NCBI RefSeq assembly: GCF_023169545.1
Contig: NZ_AP019769.1
Location: forward strand, 390,001-422,000
DNA length: 32,000 nt
DNA from: Nanobdella aerobiophila
GTDB taxonomy: Archaea; Nanobdellota; Nanobdellia; Nanobdellales; Nanobdellaceae
Direction: 5' to 3'
The notes beneath the pieces were generated by a model, which worked only from the letters and a program-made list of their open reading frames with translations, did not search any database and had not been told where the DNA came from. This document shows, in pieces, positions 1 through 9,586 of this stretch. A program made the translations under genes and the position numbers. How positions within the stretch are numbered: the stretch's first letter is position 1; each line of letters opens with the position of its first letter.

Positions 1-1
1 A

Positions 2-829
2 AACAAAAGAATAGATTTTCCACTTCATGCATATTTCATAATAAATCTTGAAAATTTAGGTCAATTTGAAAGAACATTAATAATTACAGAAAAAAATGCA
101 AAAGTTACATATATAGAGGGGTGTACTGCGCCAGTATATTCTTCTACCCAATTGCATGCTGCCGTAGTAGAATTATTTGCAAATGAAAATTCTAATATAA
201 CTTATGGTACTATACAAAATTGGTCAAAAAATGTATATAATTTGGTAACTAAGAGAGCTAGAGTAGGAAAAAAAGCCAGAGTAAGATGGATATCTGGGGA
301 ATTTGGTAGCAAAGTTACGATGCTGTATCCTGGGTTAATATTAGATGATGATGCTGAAGGAGAAATATATACCATCGGTTTTGCTACAGATAACCAAAAT
401 ATAGATACAGGAGGGAGAATATTTGCTCTAGGAAAAAATTCTAAAGGATATATATTATCAAAGTCTATCGCGATAGGAAAAGAAAATGAATCTATATCTG
501 TCAATAGGATAGATATAAAATTAAATAATAACGGAGAAGTTATATCAAAATGTGATTCTTTAATAGAAGAAAAAGGTAAGAGCACTTCTATACCAAGGAT
601 AGAGAAATTTAGCAATGAAAGTAGTTATAATCACGAAGCAAAAATGGAAAAAATCAATGATGAAAAAATATTATATTTAAGATCATTAGGTATAGAAGAA
701 AAAGAAGCTAGAAGGTTATTCCTATTAGGATTTATGGATGATATATTAAATAATTTTCCAGAATCATATAAATTAGAAATAAAAAGGATATTGGATTTGG
801 AATTAGAAGAAATTGGTGGATTTGGATGA
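2..829 (+). CDS. sufB: SufB/SufD-family Fe-S cluster assembly scaffold protein, C-terminal part (5' end outside window)
   Basis: The reading frame is open to the window edge. Upstream of the track ORF it translates NKRIDFPLHAYFIINLENLGQFERTLIITEKNAKVTYIEGCTAPVYSSTQLHAAVVE, continuing into YGTIQNWSKNVYNLVTKRA and GSKVTMLYP, which are SufB hallmarks. The track start (TTG at 152) is internal. Confidence 0.93.
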   Translation, partial: NKRIDFPLHAYFIINLENLGQFERTLIITEKNAKVTYIEGCTAPVYSSTQLHAAVVELFANENSNITYGTIQNWSKNVYNLVTKRARVGKKARVRWISGEFGSKVTMLYPGLILDDDAEGEIYTIGFATDNQNIDTGGRIFALGKNSKGYILSKSIAIGKENESISVNRIDIKLNNNGEVISKCDSLIEEKGKSTSIPRIEKFSNESSYNHEAKMEKINDEKILYLRSLGIEEKEARRLFLLGFMDDILNNFPESYKLEIKRILDLELEEIGGFG

Positions 830-2073
830 TGATGGATCCGTACAAAATTAGATTAGATTTCCCAATATTAAAAAGAAAAATAAATGGAAAGGATTTGGTA
901 TATTTTGATAATGCAGCAACAACCCAGAAGCCATTGAGAATAATAGAAAAATTTACAGAGGTATATACAAAATATTATGCAAATATACATAGAGGTATTC
1001 ATACTTTATCTCAGGAAGCATCCGATATGTACGAAGATGCTCATAGAATAGTCTCTGAACATCTAAATGCTAACGATTGGAGAGAAATAATATTTACAAA
1101 AAATACTACAGAGTCTATTAACTTAGTAGCATATTCTTATGGAATAAACAAGCTCAAGAAAGATGATAAGATAATAATAACAAAAATGGAACATCATGCA
1201 AATTTAGTACCATGGCAACAAGTTGCTAGAAAAACAGGAGCAAAAATAGAATATATAGACTTTAATAAGGATTATAGATTAGATATTGATCAAGCAGAAA
1301 AAATAATTGATGATAAAACCAGAATAGTGGCAATAACTCATGCCTCAAATGTATTAGGCACTATAAACCCTATAAAAGATATAATAAAAATTGCTCATGA
1401 ACATGACGCGATCGTTTTAATTGATGCTGCGCAAAGCATTCCACACAATAAGATAGATGTAAAAAAATATGATATGGATTTTTTAGCATTTAGTGCACAC
1501 AAAATGATGGGACCTGATGGGATAGGGGTATTGTATGGAAAAGAAGAGATATTAGAAAAAATGGATCCATTCTTAACTGGAGGTGATATGATAAAGGATG
1601 TAGATCTTTACAATGCTGAATGGAACGATCTACCATGGAAATTTGAAGCTGGTACACCAAATATCGCTGGTGGGATCGTATTTGGAGAAACAATAAAATA
1701 TATAAAAGATATAGGTATAGAAAATATTGAAGAATATGATAGATATATAACAAAATATTTTATTGATAAATATAATGATTATAAATTAGATGATATTATG
1801 TTAATAGGTCCTAATGATTATAAAGAGAGAACACCTACATTTTCATTCTATACTAAAAGGTATAGATCTCATCAAATTGCAAAACTATTGGATCTTGAAG
1901 GTATTGCTGTAAGATCTGGATTTCACTGTGCACATCCACTATTAAAAAATATTAATATATTAAATAATAATTTATATAACCTAGGAGGAACTTTTAGAGC
2001 CAGTTTATATATATATAATACAAAAGAAGAAGTAGATTATTTTTTTGAAATATTAAAAAAACTACTTAAATAA
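826..2073 (+). CDS. sufS: Cysteine desulfurase, SufS/CsdA type
   Basis: VYFDNAATTQKP, ANIHRGIHTLS, the PLP-lysine region DFLAFSAHKMMGPDGIGVLYG and the active-site Cys segment VRSGFHCAHPLL. Start overlaps the end of sufB. Confidence 0.95.
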   Translation: MMMDPYKIRLDFPILKRKINGKDLVYFDNAATTQKPLRIIEKFTEVYTKYYANIHRGIHTLSQEASDMYEDAHRIVSEHLNANDWREIIFTKNTTESINLVAYSYGINKLKKDDKIIITKMEHHANLVPWQQVARKTGAKIEYIDFNKDYRLDIDQAEKIIDDKTRIVAITHASNVLGTINPIKDIIKIAHEHDAIVLIDAAQSIPHNKIDVKKYDMDFLAFSAHKMMGPDGIGVLYGKEEILEKMDPFLTGGDMIKDVDLYNAEWNDLPWKFEAGTPNIAGGIVFGETIKYIKDIGIENIEEYDRYITKYFIDKYNDYKLDDIMLIGPNDYKERTPTFSFYTKRYRSHQIAKLLDLEGIAVRSGFHCAHPLLKNINILNNNLYNLGGTFRASLYIYNTKEEVDYFFEILKKLLK

Positions 2074-4377
2074 CCATTTATATATTATTTTAATATCTTT
2101 TTTAATTGATCTTCTCGCCTCAAACCTGCCTATATTAAAATAATCTGAAATCTTCCCAAAACTCCATGATAACAAGAATTTTCCAACCAATATTTCTTCA
2201 TTATTTAATCTTGGTTTTTCATCTGTATATAATAAATAATAGATATATATTAATTTTGCTACATCCGCTGCTGCTTCATAAGTCATTGGTGAATCAATAT
2301 ATCCCCTTAACCTATCGATCTGATTGTCTGTTAAATTAACGTGAAAGTGTGGTTTAAATTTATAATGGGTTTCTAACATTTTTAATATTATTTTTGGAGT
2401 TAAATCAAAATAAACATCAGAGACTTGATTTATTAATTTCCATCTAAATTCATAATTCAATTTTTTAACTATTTTTTCGGTATTTTCATTTAATGGTCTT
2501 AATACGATACCAGAATACTCTCCAGATACCTTGTTCTTTTCGGGCGATAGATGAACCAAAAGAAACTTATTTTTTTGCCAGAAATTTAATAGTTCATATG
2601 TTACACCAAAACTAGAACCTATCCAATCATATCTGTTTTTTTCACTCCACTTTGATAATTCCTCTAGAGATATAGATCCAAGTCCATATCCCTGTATTTC
2701 TGGTATTGTAGCTATTCTAATAACTCTTAATCCCTTTAATTTCGCAAATTCTTTTATTCTATAGTGTTTTACTATTATATCCGGTATTATATTGCCTTTA
2801 GGCTTATAATCTTTAAGCATCCTATCTATTACCTCATCTTCTATACCCCCCTCATAAGCTATTTGGACTCCATTAACAATTTTATCATTTTCTAATTCTA
2901 ATACAAAAGCATCGTGATGTGGTGCATCTGCCAACATAGCTATATCATTTGGTCTATTTTGATAATGAGCTAATATATATATTCCAACAAAATTCTTCAG
3001 TTTCTTATCATCATTATAAAACCAATCTTTTAATGGTATTCTATAAAATCTAACCTTATAACTTTTTATTAAATCTATATCTTCTTTATCTATCTCATCA
3101 GGCTCTGAATCGAGTAATAAAGAATCATATAACCACTTCTCTATTGGATCATTCTTATTATATCTTATAGGCTCAATCATAGTATATCTATATAATTTAA
3201 AATCACTATTAGAATTTAGAAACTTCATGAATCTAACAGAGAACGATCTTCCTGCACCTTCATAACCATGAATAGTAGAAGAAAAAATAATTTGCTTATA
3301 TTTTTTTATAAATCTATATAATAACTCTATCCCGATACCTGCAGCTTCATCAACAAATAGATAATCATATTTTTTTGATAATATTTCTCTCGGATCTCTA
3401 TACTCTATAAATATTTTATTATTAACAATTATTTTTGTTTTTTTAATCTCCTTAAAATCTATACCTTCTTTTTTCAAACCTATTTTTAAAAAATTAAATA
3501 AAGTTTCTACATTATTAAAGGACGGTGCAGTTATACCTATATCAAAAATTTCTTTCTTTTCCAATAAAGTTGAAACTAGTGCAGATATAGATAATCCAAT
3601 AGAGGCACTTTTACCTCTCCCCCTATCTGCAATAATAAGGTATATTGCTTTTTCATCCTTTAATAAATTTTCTAACATACTTAAAACATTGGCTTGATCT
3701 TGTGTATAACATAATCTATATATTCTATCTGAAAATATTTTATTCTCATTTAATACTAACTTATCCCTTCCAGGCAAAGTTATATTATTTATGTCACAAT
3801 CATATTCTATTCCTTTAATAACTCCTTTATCTATGTCATAAATCAATATATTTTCATACTGCATTAATTTATTTTTAAACCTATATTCAAATAGCTTCCT
3901 TACTTCTTCTATTTTATATGGAGGCGTTAGTAGATGTTCATGAAATGTTGTAGTTATACCTTCAAAGTTATCAAAGTCCTTGATTATTAAGAATCCTATA
4001 CCAGATCCGGATAGAGTTTCAATTATTCTACCCAAATAATCGGGAGTTAGAGATTTATACATATCTAAAATTAATATATTATATGTTTTTCCTAATATCT
4101 TATCAGAATCTTTATATCTAATTTTATCTACTTGTAAATCTTTAAAATTTTCTAACAATTTTTCATATCTATATAAATAGTCTCCAAAATAATCCTCAGT
4201 AACATACAATATTTTTATATCCTCCCTATAATTTTCTATCTTTGATATATAATAATTTATAAGGTCTGATAAGATATGAAAATAATTCTCTCCAGATAAT
4301 ACTACAATGCCTCTATGATTATTTTTTATGATTTTACATATTAAAGACTTATAATTCTTTTCTAATTCTTGATCCAT
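2062..4377 (-). CDS. tmcA: tRNA(Met) cytidine acetyltransferase TmcA family (P-loop helicase-like domain plus GNAT)
   Basis: P-loop IIADRGRGKSASIGLSI, YDYLFVDEAAGIG, GNAT region RVIRIATIPEIQGYGLGSISLEEL, and WIGSSFGVTYELLNFWQKNKFLLVHLSPEKNKVSGEYS. Overall architecture is TmcA/Kre33-like. Confidence 0.93.
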   Translation of the reverse strand: MDQELEKNYKSLICKIIKNNHRGIVVLSGENYFHILSDLINYYISKIENYREDIKILYVTEDYFGDYLYRYEKLLENFKDLQVDKIRYKDSDKILGKTYNILILDMYKSLTPDYLGRIIETLSGSGIGFLIIKDFDNFEGITTTFHEHLLTPPYKIEEVRKLFEYRFKNKLMQYENILIYDIDKGVIKGIEYDCDINNITLPGRDKLVLNENKIFSDRIYRLCYTQDQANVLSMLENLLKDEKAIYLIIADRGRGKSASIGLSISALVSTLLEKKEIFDIGITAPSFNNVETLFNFLKIGLKKEGIDFKEIKKTKIIVNNKIFIEYRDPREILSKKYDYLFVDEAAGIGIELLYRFIKKYKQIIFSSTIHGYEGAGRSFSVRFMKFLNSNSDFKLYRYTMIEPIRYNKNDPIEKWLYDSLLLDSEPDEIDKEDIDLIKSYKVRFYRIPLKDWFYNDDKKLKNFVGIYILAHYQNRPNDIAMLADAPHHDAFVLELENDKIVNGVQIAYEGGIEDEVIDRMLKDYKPKGNIIPDIIVKHYRIKEFAKLKGLRVIRIATIPEIQGYGLGSISLEELSKWSEKNRYDWIGSSFGVTYELLNFWQKNKFLLVHLSPEKNKVSGEYSGIVLRPLNENTEKIVKKLNYEFRWKLINQVSDVYFDLTPKIILKMLETHYKFKPHFHVNLTDNQIDRLRGYIDSPMTYEAAADVAKLIYIYYLLYTDEKPRLNNEEILVGKFLLSWSFGKISDYFNIGRFEARRSIKKDIKIIYKWLFK

Positions 4378-4592
4378 TATATTTTCTTCTTCAATACCTT
4401 AATAAGTTAATTATATATTAAAAAGTTAAACATAATGATTAAATAAATATTAACTTAAAATTCAAGTATAAATTAAATTTAAAATTTTACATTAAAAAGT
4501 TAAATTAAACCGTTAATAATATATTAAAATATTAAAAAATAGGCATTAAATATAGTTAAATCGTTAAATTATATAGTTAAAAATAAATTAAA

Positions 4593-6338
4593 TTAAAGTA
4601 AAATATATCTTAATTTAATATCTAAAGCCTTCAATAATTTTGGATCATCTACAAGAACTATAGAAATTCCTTTAGAAACTCCTCCCGGATACAATCTAGA
4701 GCTCCTACCAGAAGCCTGTAAATAAGTTTTTATATCTACTATATTCAATATTATATTATTATCTTCAATGGTTATTGAAACATCTTCACTATCTTTTAGC
4801 TTATTGACTATATCGGGATTTTTTAAATAGATAGATATACTATTATATATATTTTTTATCAAATCATAAATATACCCCTTACCATTATTATTTTTTAGGG
4901 AGTCTGATAATAATCTAAGCGCTTCGGGAGATAATCTTTTGATATAATTTCTCAATCTTTCAATTTTTTTATTTAATATGCTCCTCTCGTAAGATGTTAA
5001 AAATGAAGAAATAAGATTTCCTAGTAAAATTAAATTATTTATATTATATTCTAGATTAGATAAGTTTATCCTTATTTTTGGTATTCCAAAAAATATAGTA
5101 TATTTTATTCTTTCAGGCAGATTTAATCCCCTGGCTAGGATACCATATGGATCTGCCACACCAATCAGTACATCTGTTTTGTTTTCTTCAAAATCTTTTA
5201 TTTTTTCATCTATTTTTTTAACTTCTGCTGATATATACTGAACCTTTATTCCCCTCTCTAATAAAAAATTATATATGACTTTAACATAATCTATACCTTT
5301 ATCCTTTGAAACAAATATTATTATACCATCTTTCAATTTCCTTACTAATTCATATAACTTATCTAAATCTTGTGTATTATAATATATATCTATTACATTT
5401 CTCAATTTATAATTACCAGTACCAGAAGAGAAATTAGTAAGTTCTTTATATATTAACGACCTTTTGCCTTTTAGTGAACCAGTAGCAGAGGATAATACTA
5501 TTATTCCTACCTTTTTTGACTTTATTTCCAAAAATTTTTTATAAATATCGCTATTAAAATCTAGTTTCCCAGCCAATTTAAGATCAATAACCTTTTTTAC
5601 TATGTCTAAATCCTCATTAGTATATCCTATTAAATTAAATACTCTTTCTATATTTTTTGAACCTTTAAAAAATGAATCTACGTCATCTATGAATATAATA
5701 TCGAATCTATAATTATTTAATAAATTAAAATTTTTTGATAGATACTGATTTGATATTATTAGTATATCTATATTACCTTCTCTTAGTTTATTTTCAAACT
5801 CTTTTTTATTTTTAATATTATATGAAAGTATATTTAATTTAACGTTAAGTTTTTCTACAGATCTATTAATTTCATTTTCAGTCTGTTTAACTAATAATCT
5901 TGTTGGTAATATTATTAATATTTTCTTTTTATATTTATAAGAAAAATATATGGAGGATAGATATATAAATGTAGACTTTCCAACGCCTGTTGGAGCGACC
6001 ATGGAAAAACCGATATTTTTATACAATCTTTTAAACCACATTAACTGAACTTTCCAAGGATCTGTATTTACAATACTTCTAAAGAAATTTGAAAATTCTT
6101 TAACTTCTCTATGAAAATTATATATCTGATCAAAATCCTTTAATCTCTTATTTTTTAATAATATTTTATATAATTGATCTATAAATTTATTTCTATCATC
6201 AATGTTTATTATATTATTAATATCTATATCGTCAATATCCAATTTACATGGTAAAGAGTTTGATAATCTAGATGATTCTATTAAACCACCACAATTGAAA
6301 CACATATTTTTAATATTAATAAATATTCCATCATCCAT
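4593..6338 (-). CDS. rgy: Reverse gyrase helicase-like subunit (split reverse gyrase; no topoisomerase domain in this ORF)
   Basis: N-terminal CFNCGG zinc finger, VAPTGVGKSTF Walker A, FIDDVDSFFKGSKNIE, SSATGSLKGKR, GVADPYGILARGLNLPERIKY and QASGRSSRLYPGGVSKGISIVLVDDPKLLKAL are specific to reverse gyrase helicase modules. The ORF stops where the topoisomerase IA half would start. Confidence 0.9.
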   Translation of the reverse strand: MDDGIFINIKNMCFNCGGLIESSRLSNSLPCKLDIDDIDINNIINIDDRNKFIDQLYKILLKNKRLKDFDQIYNFHREVKEFSNFFRSIVNTDPWKVQLMWFKRLYKNIGFSMVAPTGVGKSTFIYLSSIYFSYKYKKKILIILPTRLLVKQTENEINRSVEKLNVKLNILSYNIKNKKEFENKLREGNIDILIISNQYLSKNFNLLNNYRFDIIFIDDVDSFFKGSKNIERVFNLIGYTNEDLDIVKKVIDLKLAGKLDFNSDIYKKFLEIKSKKVGIIVLSSATGSLKGKRSLIYKELTNFSSGTGNYKLRNVIDIYYNTQDLDKLYELVRKLKDGIIIFVSKDKGIDYVKVIYNFLLERGIKVQYISAEVKKIDEKIKDFEENKTDVLIGVADPYGILARGLNLPERIKYTIFFGIPKIRINLSNLEYNINNLILLGNLISSFLTSYERSILNKKIERLRNYIKRLSPEALRLLSDSLKNNNGKGYIYDLIKNIYNSISIYLKNPDIVNKLKDSEDVSITIEDNNIILNIVDIKTYLQASGRSSRLYPGGVSKGISIVLVDDPKLLKALDIKLRYILL

Positions 6339-6376
6339 TTTAAAGAAATTTTAAATTTAATTTATAAATTATATAT

Positions 6377-6976
6377 ATGGACATATCTGATATTTATACT
6401 CAATTACAAAAAGAAAAAGAAAGAAAGAACCTAGAAAAAATACAAAAAGGATTTTATCAAAAAATATCAGAGTTAATAAAAAAATATAGAAAGCAACTGG
6501 ATTTATATAAAACTCAAAATAAAGAATATAAAGAATTAGAATCTACAATAAATAAAATACAGGATTCTATAAGTGATTTGATAAATATAAGAATCAAAAA
6601 AATAATAAATATGACATTATTAGAAGTTAAAGAAGACCTAAGTGCGATCGACCAAGAAAACCTACAAGAAGAAGAAAAGATGTTTTATAGTATACTAAAA
6701 AACCTAATATTATCATACAAAATAAATGTAGAAAACCAGATATTAAATGGTGAAGAAATAAAGACTGAAGATTTTTATAAATACATAAATATTTATTCGG
6801 TAAATTTGGAAAATAAAATAGAAAAAGATATATTAATAATAAATAAAGATCTACCAAAAATAGTAGGAACAAACGGGAGAATATATGGCCCCTTTAAAGT
6901 CGGTGATATAATTATATTAGATAAAGAAATGGCAAAAAAATTAGAAAATACAAAGATAGGCACACTAATAAATTAA
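6377..6976 (+). CDS. Archaeal GINS complex subunit (Gins51/15-like)
   Basis: Helical A-domain followed by a C-terminal small domain, ILIINKDLPKIVGTNGRIYGPFKVGDIIILDKEMAKKLENTKIG, typical of archaeal GINS B-domains. Confidence 0.8.
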   Translation: MDISDIYTQLQKEKERKNLEKIQKGFYQKISELIKKYRKQLDLYKTQNKEYKELESTINKIQDSISDLINIRIKKIINMTLLEVKEDLSAIDQENLQEEEKMFYSILKNLILSYKINVENQILNGEEIKTEDFYKYINIYSVNLENKIEKDILIINKDLPKIVGTNGRIYGPFKVGDIIILDKEMAKKLENTKIGTLIN

Positions 6977-7007
6977 TTTTATAAATCTATTTAAGAAACT
7001 ATATAAA

Positions 7008-7322
7008 ATGAAAATTCCAAAAAAAGTAAATAAGTATTGCTCATACTGTAGAAAGAATACAGAACATAAAGTTATAATAATTAAAAGCTCAAAAGCTAGA
7101 ACAGGACTTGTATGGGGCTCTAGAAGAGCAAGAGAAGGAAAGAAAGGGATTGGTAACAAAGGAAAATATAGTAAAAGACCTTTATCACAAAGAAAGAGAG
7201 GTGTGATTAAGACCTCTAAGGGTGTGGATCTAAGAATTGAATGTTCTATATGTAAAAAACAAGAGGTATGGAACCTTAAAGGCAGATATAAAAAAGTTGA
7301 ATTTACAACTGCAATAAGATGA
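7008..7322 (+). CDS. rpl44e: 50S ribosomal protein L44e
   Basis: MKIPKKVNKYCSYCRKNTEHKV ... LSQRKRGVIKTSKGVDLRIECSICKKQ; two CxxC pairs in L44e context. Confidence 0.95.
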   Translation: MKIPKKVNKYCSYCRKNTEHKVIIIKSSKARTGLVWGSRRAREGKKGIGNKGKYSKRPLSQRKRGVIKTSKGVDLRIECSICKKQEVWNLKGRYKKVEFTTAIR

Positions 7323-7810
7323 AAGCTAGATTGTTTTTTGAAGCTTTTAGCAATGATAAAGATAAATTGATAGAATTACTAGATAAAACTCTTCCAGATA
7401 ATATATCAAAATTTAAAAACTATCAGATAATAGAAAAGAAAACAGCAGAACCAATAGAAAAAGAAATGCCAACACCAGACAATAAAAAAATAAATGGTTG
7501 GTCTTCATACTTAGAAGTATATGCTGACTTTAAGGATTTTGACTCTATTATAGATTTTATATTATTTTATACTCCATCAAAAATAGAAGTGGAAGATATA
7601 AGAGAGCTAAAGATTGTCGCAAAAGACCAAGAGGTAAAATACAATAAAGAAAGGATAAATATATTGTTAAACCAAATATCACAAGCTATATTCTCAAAAG
7701 TAACAGCAGTCGCAAACGCATATATAATGCAAGCAAAAAAAGCAGTAGGAAACCAACAAAGCAATATTGGTAATACCCAAAATTTAACAAATCTAAAATT
7801 ACCCAAATAG
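7319..7810 (+). CDS. Conserved-looking hypothetical protein cotranscribed with L44e
   Basis: 4-nt ATGA overlap with rpl44e, ORF coherent over 163 aa, no family recognised. Confidence 0.7.
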   Translation: MKARLFFEAFSNDKDKLIELLDKTLPDNISKFKNYQIIEKKTAEPIEKEMPTPDNKKINGWSSYLEVYADFKDFDSIIDFILFYTPSKIEVEDIRELKIVAKDQEVKYNKERINILLNQISQAIFSKVTAVANAYIMQAKKAVGNQQSNIGNTQNLTNLKLPK

Positions 7811-7811
7811 C

Positions 7812-8615
7812 CTAACCAAAATAATATCTAGACCTTTCCTCCGATTTTTTCTGATTTTCTTGTAACTCCTTTAATCTGCTTATATCTTTTTCTATACTCT
7901 CTTTCAACTTCTTTCCTTTCTCTCTTAAACCAGTCAAATCAATATTAAAATTATATATTTTTCCCAATATTTCTAATGCTTTTGAAGATGCATAATATCC
8001 ATTAATTTGATTTGTAGGATAAGTTTGCACTAGTAATGCATAAGCTGGCTTCTTATATAATTGAGAATAATATAATGTCAGCCCGCTCATCCCAACAATA
8101 CTTTGTGATTTGAATATATTTATGTCTCCAATTTTCTCTTTTATGTTATTAATATTATAAAATTTATTAAATGCAAACATATAATTTGGATCTTCAGCCT
8201 CTAGTTCTACATTAGAATTATAAGACCCACCCAATATCGCATATTCTTTTATATCATATCTCTTTAGCTTTTTAAATAATTTATTCATAAATCTATATCT
8301 TAAATATAATGATAATCCAGGATCTTCCAATACAGATACCTGAAAATCACCATATAATATAAGAAAATCTGTCTCATTTACTTTTAAATTATACAACTTA
8401 TAACTTATATTATCAGATACTATACCTTTTTTATTTATATATACTAGATCTGGAAAAAAGTCTGAGAGTATTCTCCCAACTAGAACACTTTTAAAAGATC
8501 TAATCATTGTTTTACCGACCACTTTTGCCACATTCCCAAATCCTCCACCTATAGAATACAAAAATACAGCATTTTTCATATTTTTCAAAATATTATTATC
8601 TAATATAAATTCCAT
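7812..8615 (-). CDS. PAC2-family proteasome assembly chaperone-like protein
   Basis: FLILYGDFQ, AILGGSYNSNVELE, GMSGLTLYYSQLYKKPAYALLVQTYPTNQINGYYASSKALEILGKI match the PAC2 fold pattern. Located next to nop10/aIF2-alpha as in many archaea. Confidence 0.85.
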   Translation of the reverse strand: MEFILDNNILKNMKNAVFLYSIGGGFGNVAKVVGKTMIRSFKSVLVGRILSDFFPDLVYINKKGIVSDNISYKLYNLKVNETDFLILYGDFQVSVLEDPGLSLYLRYRFMNKLFKKLKRYDIKEYAILGGSYNSNVELEAEDPNYMFAFNKFYNINNIKEKIGDINIFKSQSIVGMSGLTLYYSQLYKKPAYALLVQTYPTNQINGYYASSKALEILGKIYNFNIDLTGLREKGKKLKESIEKDISRLKELQENQKKSEERSRYYFG

Positions 8616-8619
8616 AATA

Positions 8620-8811
8620 TTATAACCAACCTAATTTATATAAAACTTCCTTTTTCATCTTTCTTCTATATTCTCCCCATTTGTCTTCCGGAGAAAATTT
8701 TGACGGTATTACTCTATTAGTTTTATTATTACAATTCGGACATGTCTCCTTAAATGTATATATGTAACATTTTTCACATCTTCTAATCTCCTTCATTTTT
8801 TGATATCTCAT
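8620..8811 (-). CDS. nop10: Ribosome biogenesis protein Nop10 (H/ACA RNP)
   Basis: RRCEKCYIYTFKETCPNCNNKTNRVIPSKFSPEDKWGEYRRKMKKE is a full Nop10 signature. Confidence 0.93.
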   Translation of the reverse strand: MRYQKMKEIRRCEKCYIYTFKETCPNCNNKTNRVIPSKFSPEDKWGEYRRKMKKEVLYKLGWL

Positions 8812-9559
8812 ATACTATATTATATTTCTTTGCTTCGGAATCTATCAGATCTAATAATTTCTTTTCCTTACTCTGTAGATCCTTAGGATTAATTGTATAA
8901 TATCTTATCATATATCTTGGAGATCCAAGATATTTTACTTCTAGATTCAACTCTTTTATTTTCAAAAGAAACTCTTTTAATTTTAATATACCATCACCCT
9001 CTATATTATAAGCTTCTAATATATAATCAAATTTATATTTTGGTGGATTTAGGTATTCTTTTATATACTGATATAATTTATCTAATATTTTTTTATTTAT
9101 CTTGTATTTGTTTAGGACAGACTTTCCATTTATTAGAACATCTAAGAACACATTATATAACTTATCCGTCTTAATTATCTTATCAATAACCTCATCATAT
9201 ATTTTATCTGTATCAATATTTTCTTTTTCACTCATAATCTTTAATACATTATATGCCATATTTTCTTTTTTATATTCAATAACCTTTGCCTTCTGCTTGT
9301 TTTTATCTACTCTTTTATAAGATAGTGTACATAATCTATTTTTAATATCTACATCTAATACCAAACATACTATTGTTTTCCCCTCTTTTAGTATAATTCT
9401 TGGATTTGTTATTCTCTTATTTGATAATTCATCCATAGGGATTATACCACTAAAAGATTCATACTCATTTAAGTTCACCCTTATACTTATATCAGAAATT
9501 TCTTCTACAGTACATATTACATATTCTCCATCTTTTGGATAATCCTTTCTCTTATACAT
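8783..9559 (-). CDS. eif2a: Translation initiation factor 2 subunit alpha (aIF2-alpha)
   Basis: S1 domain MYKRKDYPKDGEYVICTVEEISDISIRVNLNEYESFSGIIPMDELS..RITNPRIILKEGKTIVCLVLDVD; aIF2-alpha C-terminal domain. Confidence 0.93.
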   Translation of the reverse strand: MYKRKDYPKDGEYVICTVEEISDISIRVNLNEYESFSGIIPMDELSNKRITNPRIILKEGKTIVCLVLDVDIKNRLCTLSYKRVDKNKQKAKVIEYKKENMAYNVLKIMSEKENIDTDKIYDEVIDKIIKTDKLYNVFLDVLINGKSVLNKYKINKKILDKLYQYIKEYLNPPKYKFDYILEAYNIEGDGILKLKEFLLKIKELNLEVKYLGSPRYMIRYYTINPKDLQSKEKKLLDLIDSEAKKYNIVYEISKNEGD

Positions 9560-9586
9560 TAACTATATTAATTAAAAAAAGATTTA

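Noticed and set aside
202-615. Track ORF on minus strand inside sufB
   Set aside because: Fully antisense to a clearly conserved gene; no motif of its own. Typical shadow ORF.
1490-1753. Track ORF antisense to sufS
   Set aside because: Low-complexity translation opposite conserved SufS residues.
6627-6872. Leu/Phe-rich antisense ORF in the GINS gene, and the similar ORF at 6965-7159
   Set aside because: Hydrophobic appearance follows from antisense reading of Lys/Glu-rich AT-rich genes.
8893-9320. Plus-strand ORFs 8893-9174 and 9102-9320 inside aIF2-alpha
   Set aside because: Shadow ORFs opposite a conserved factor.
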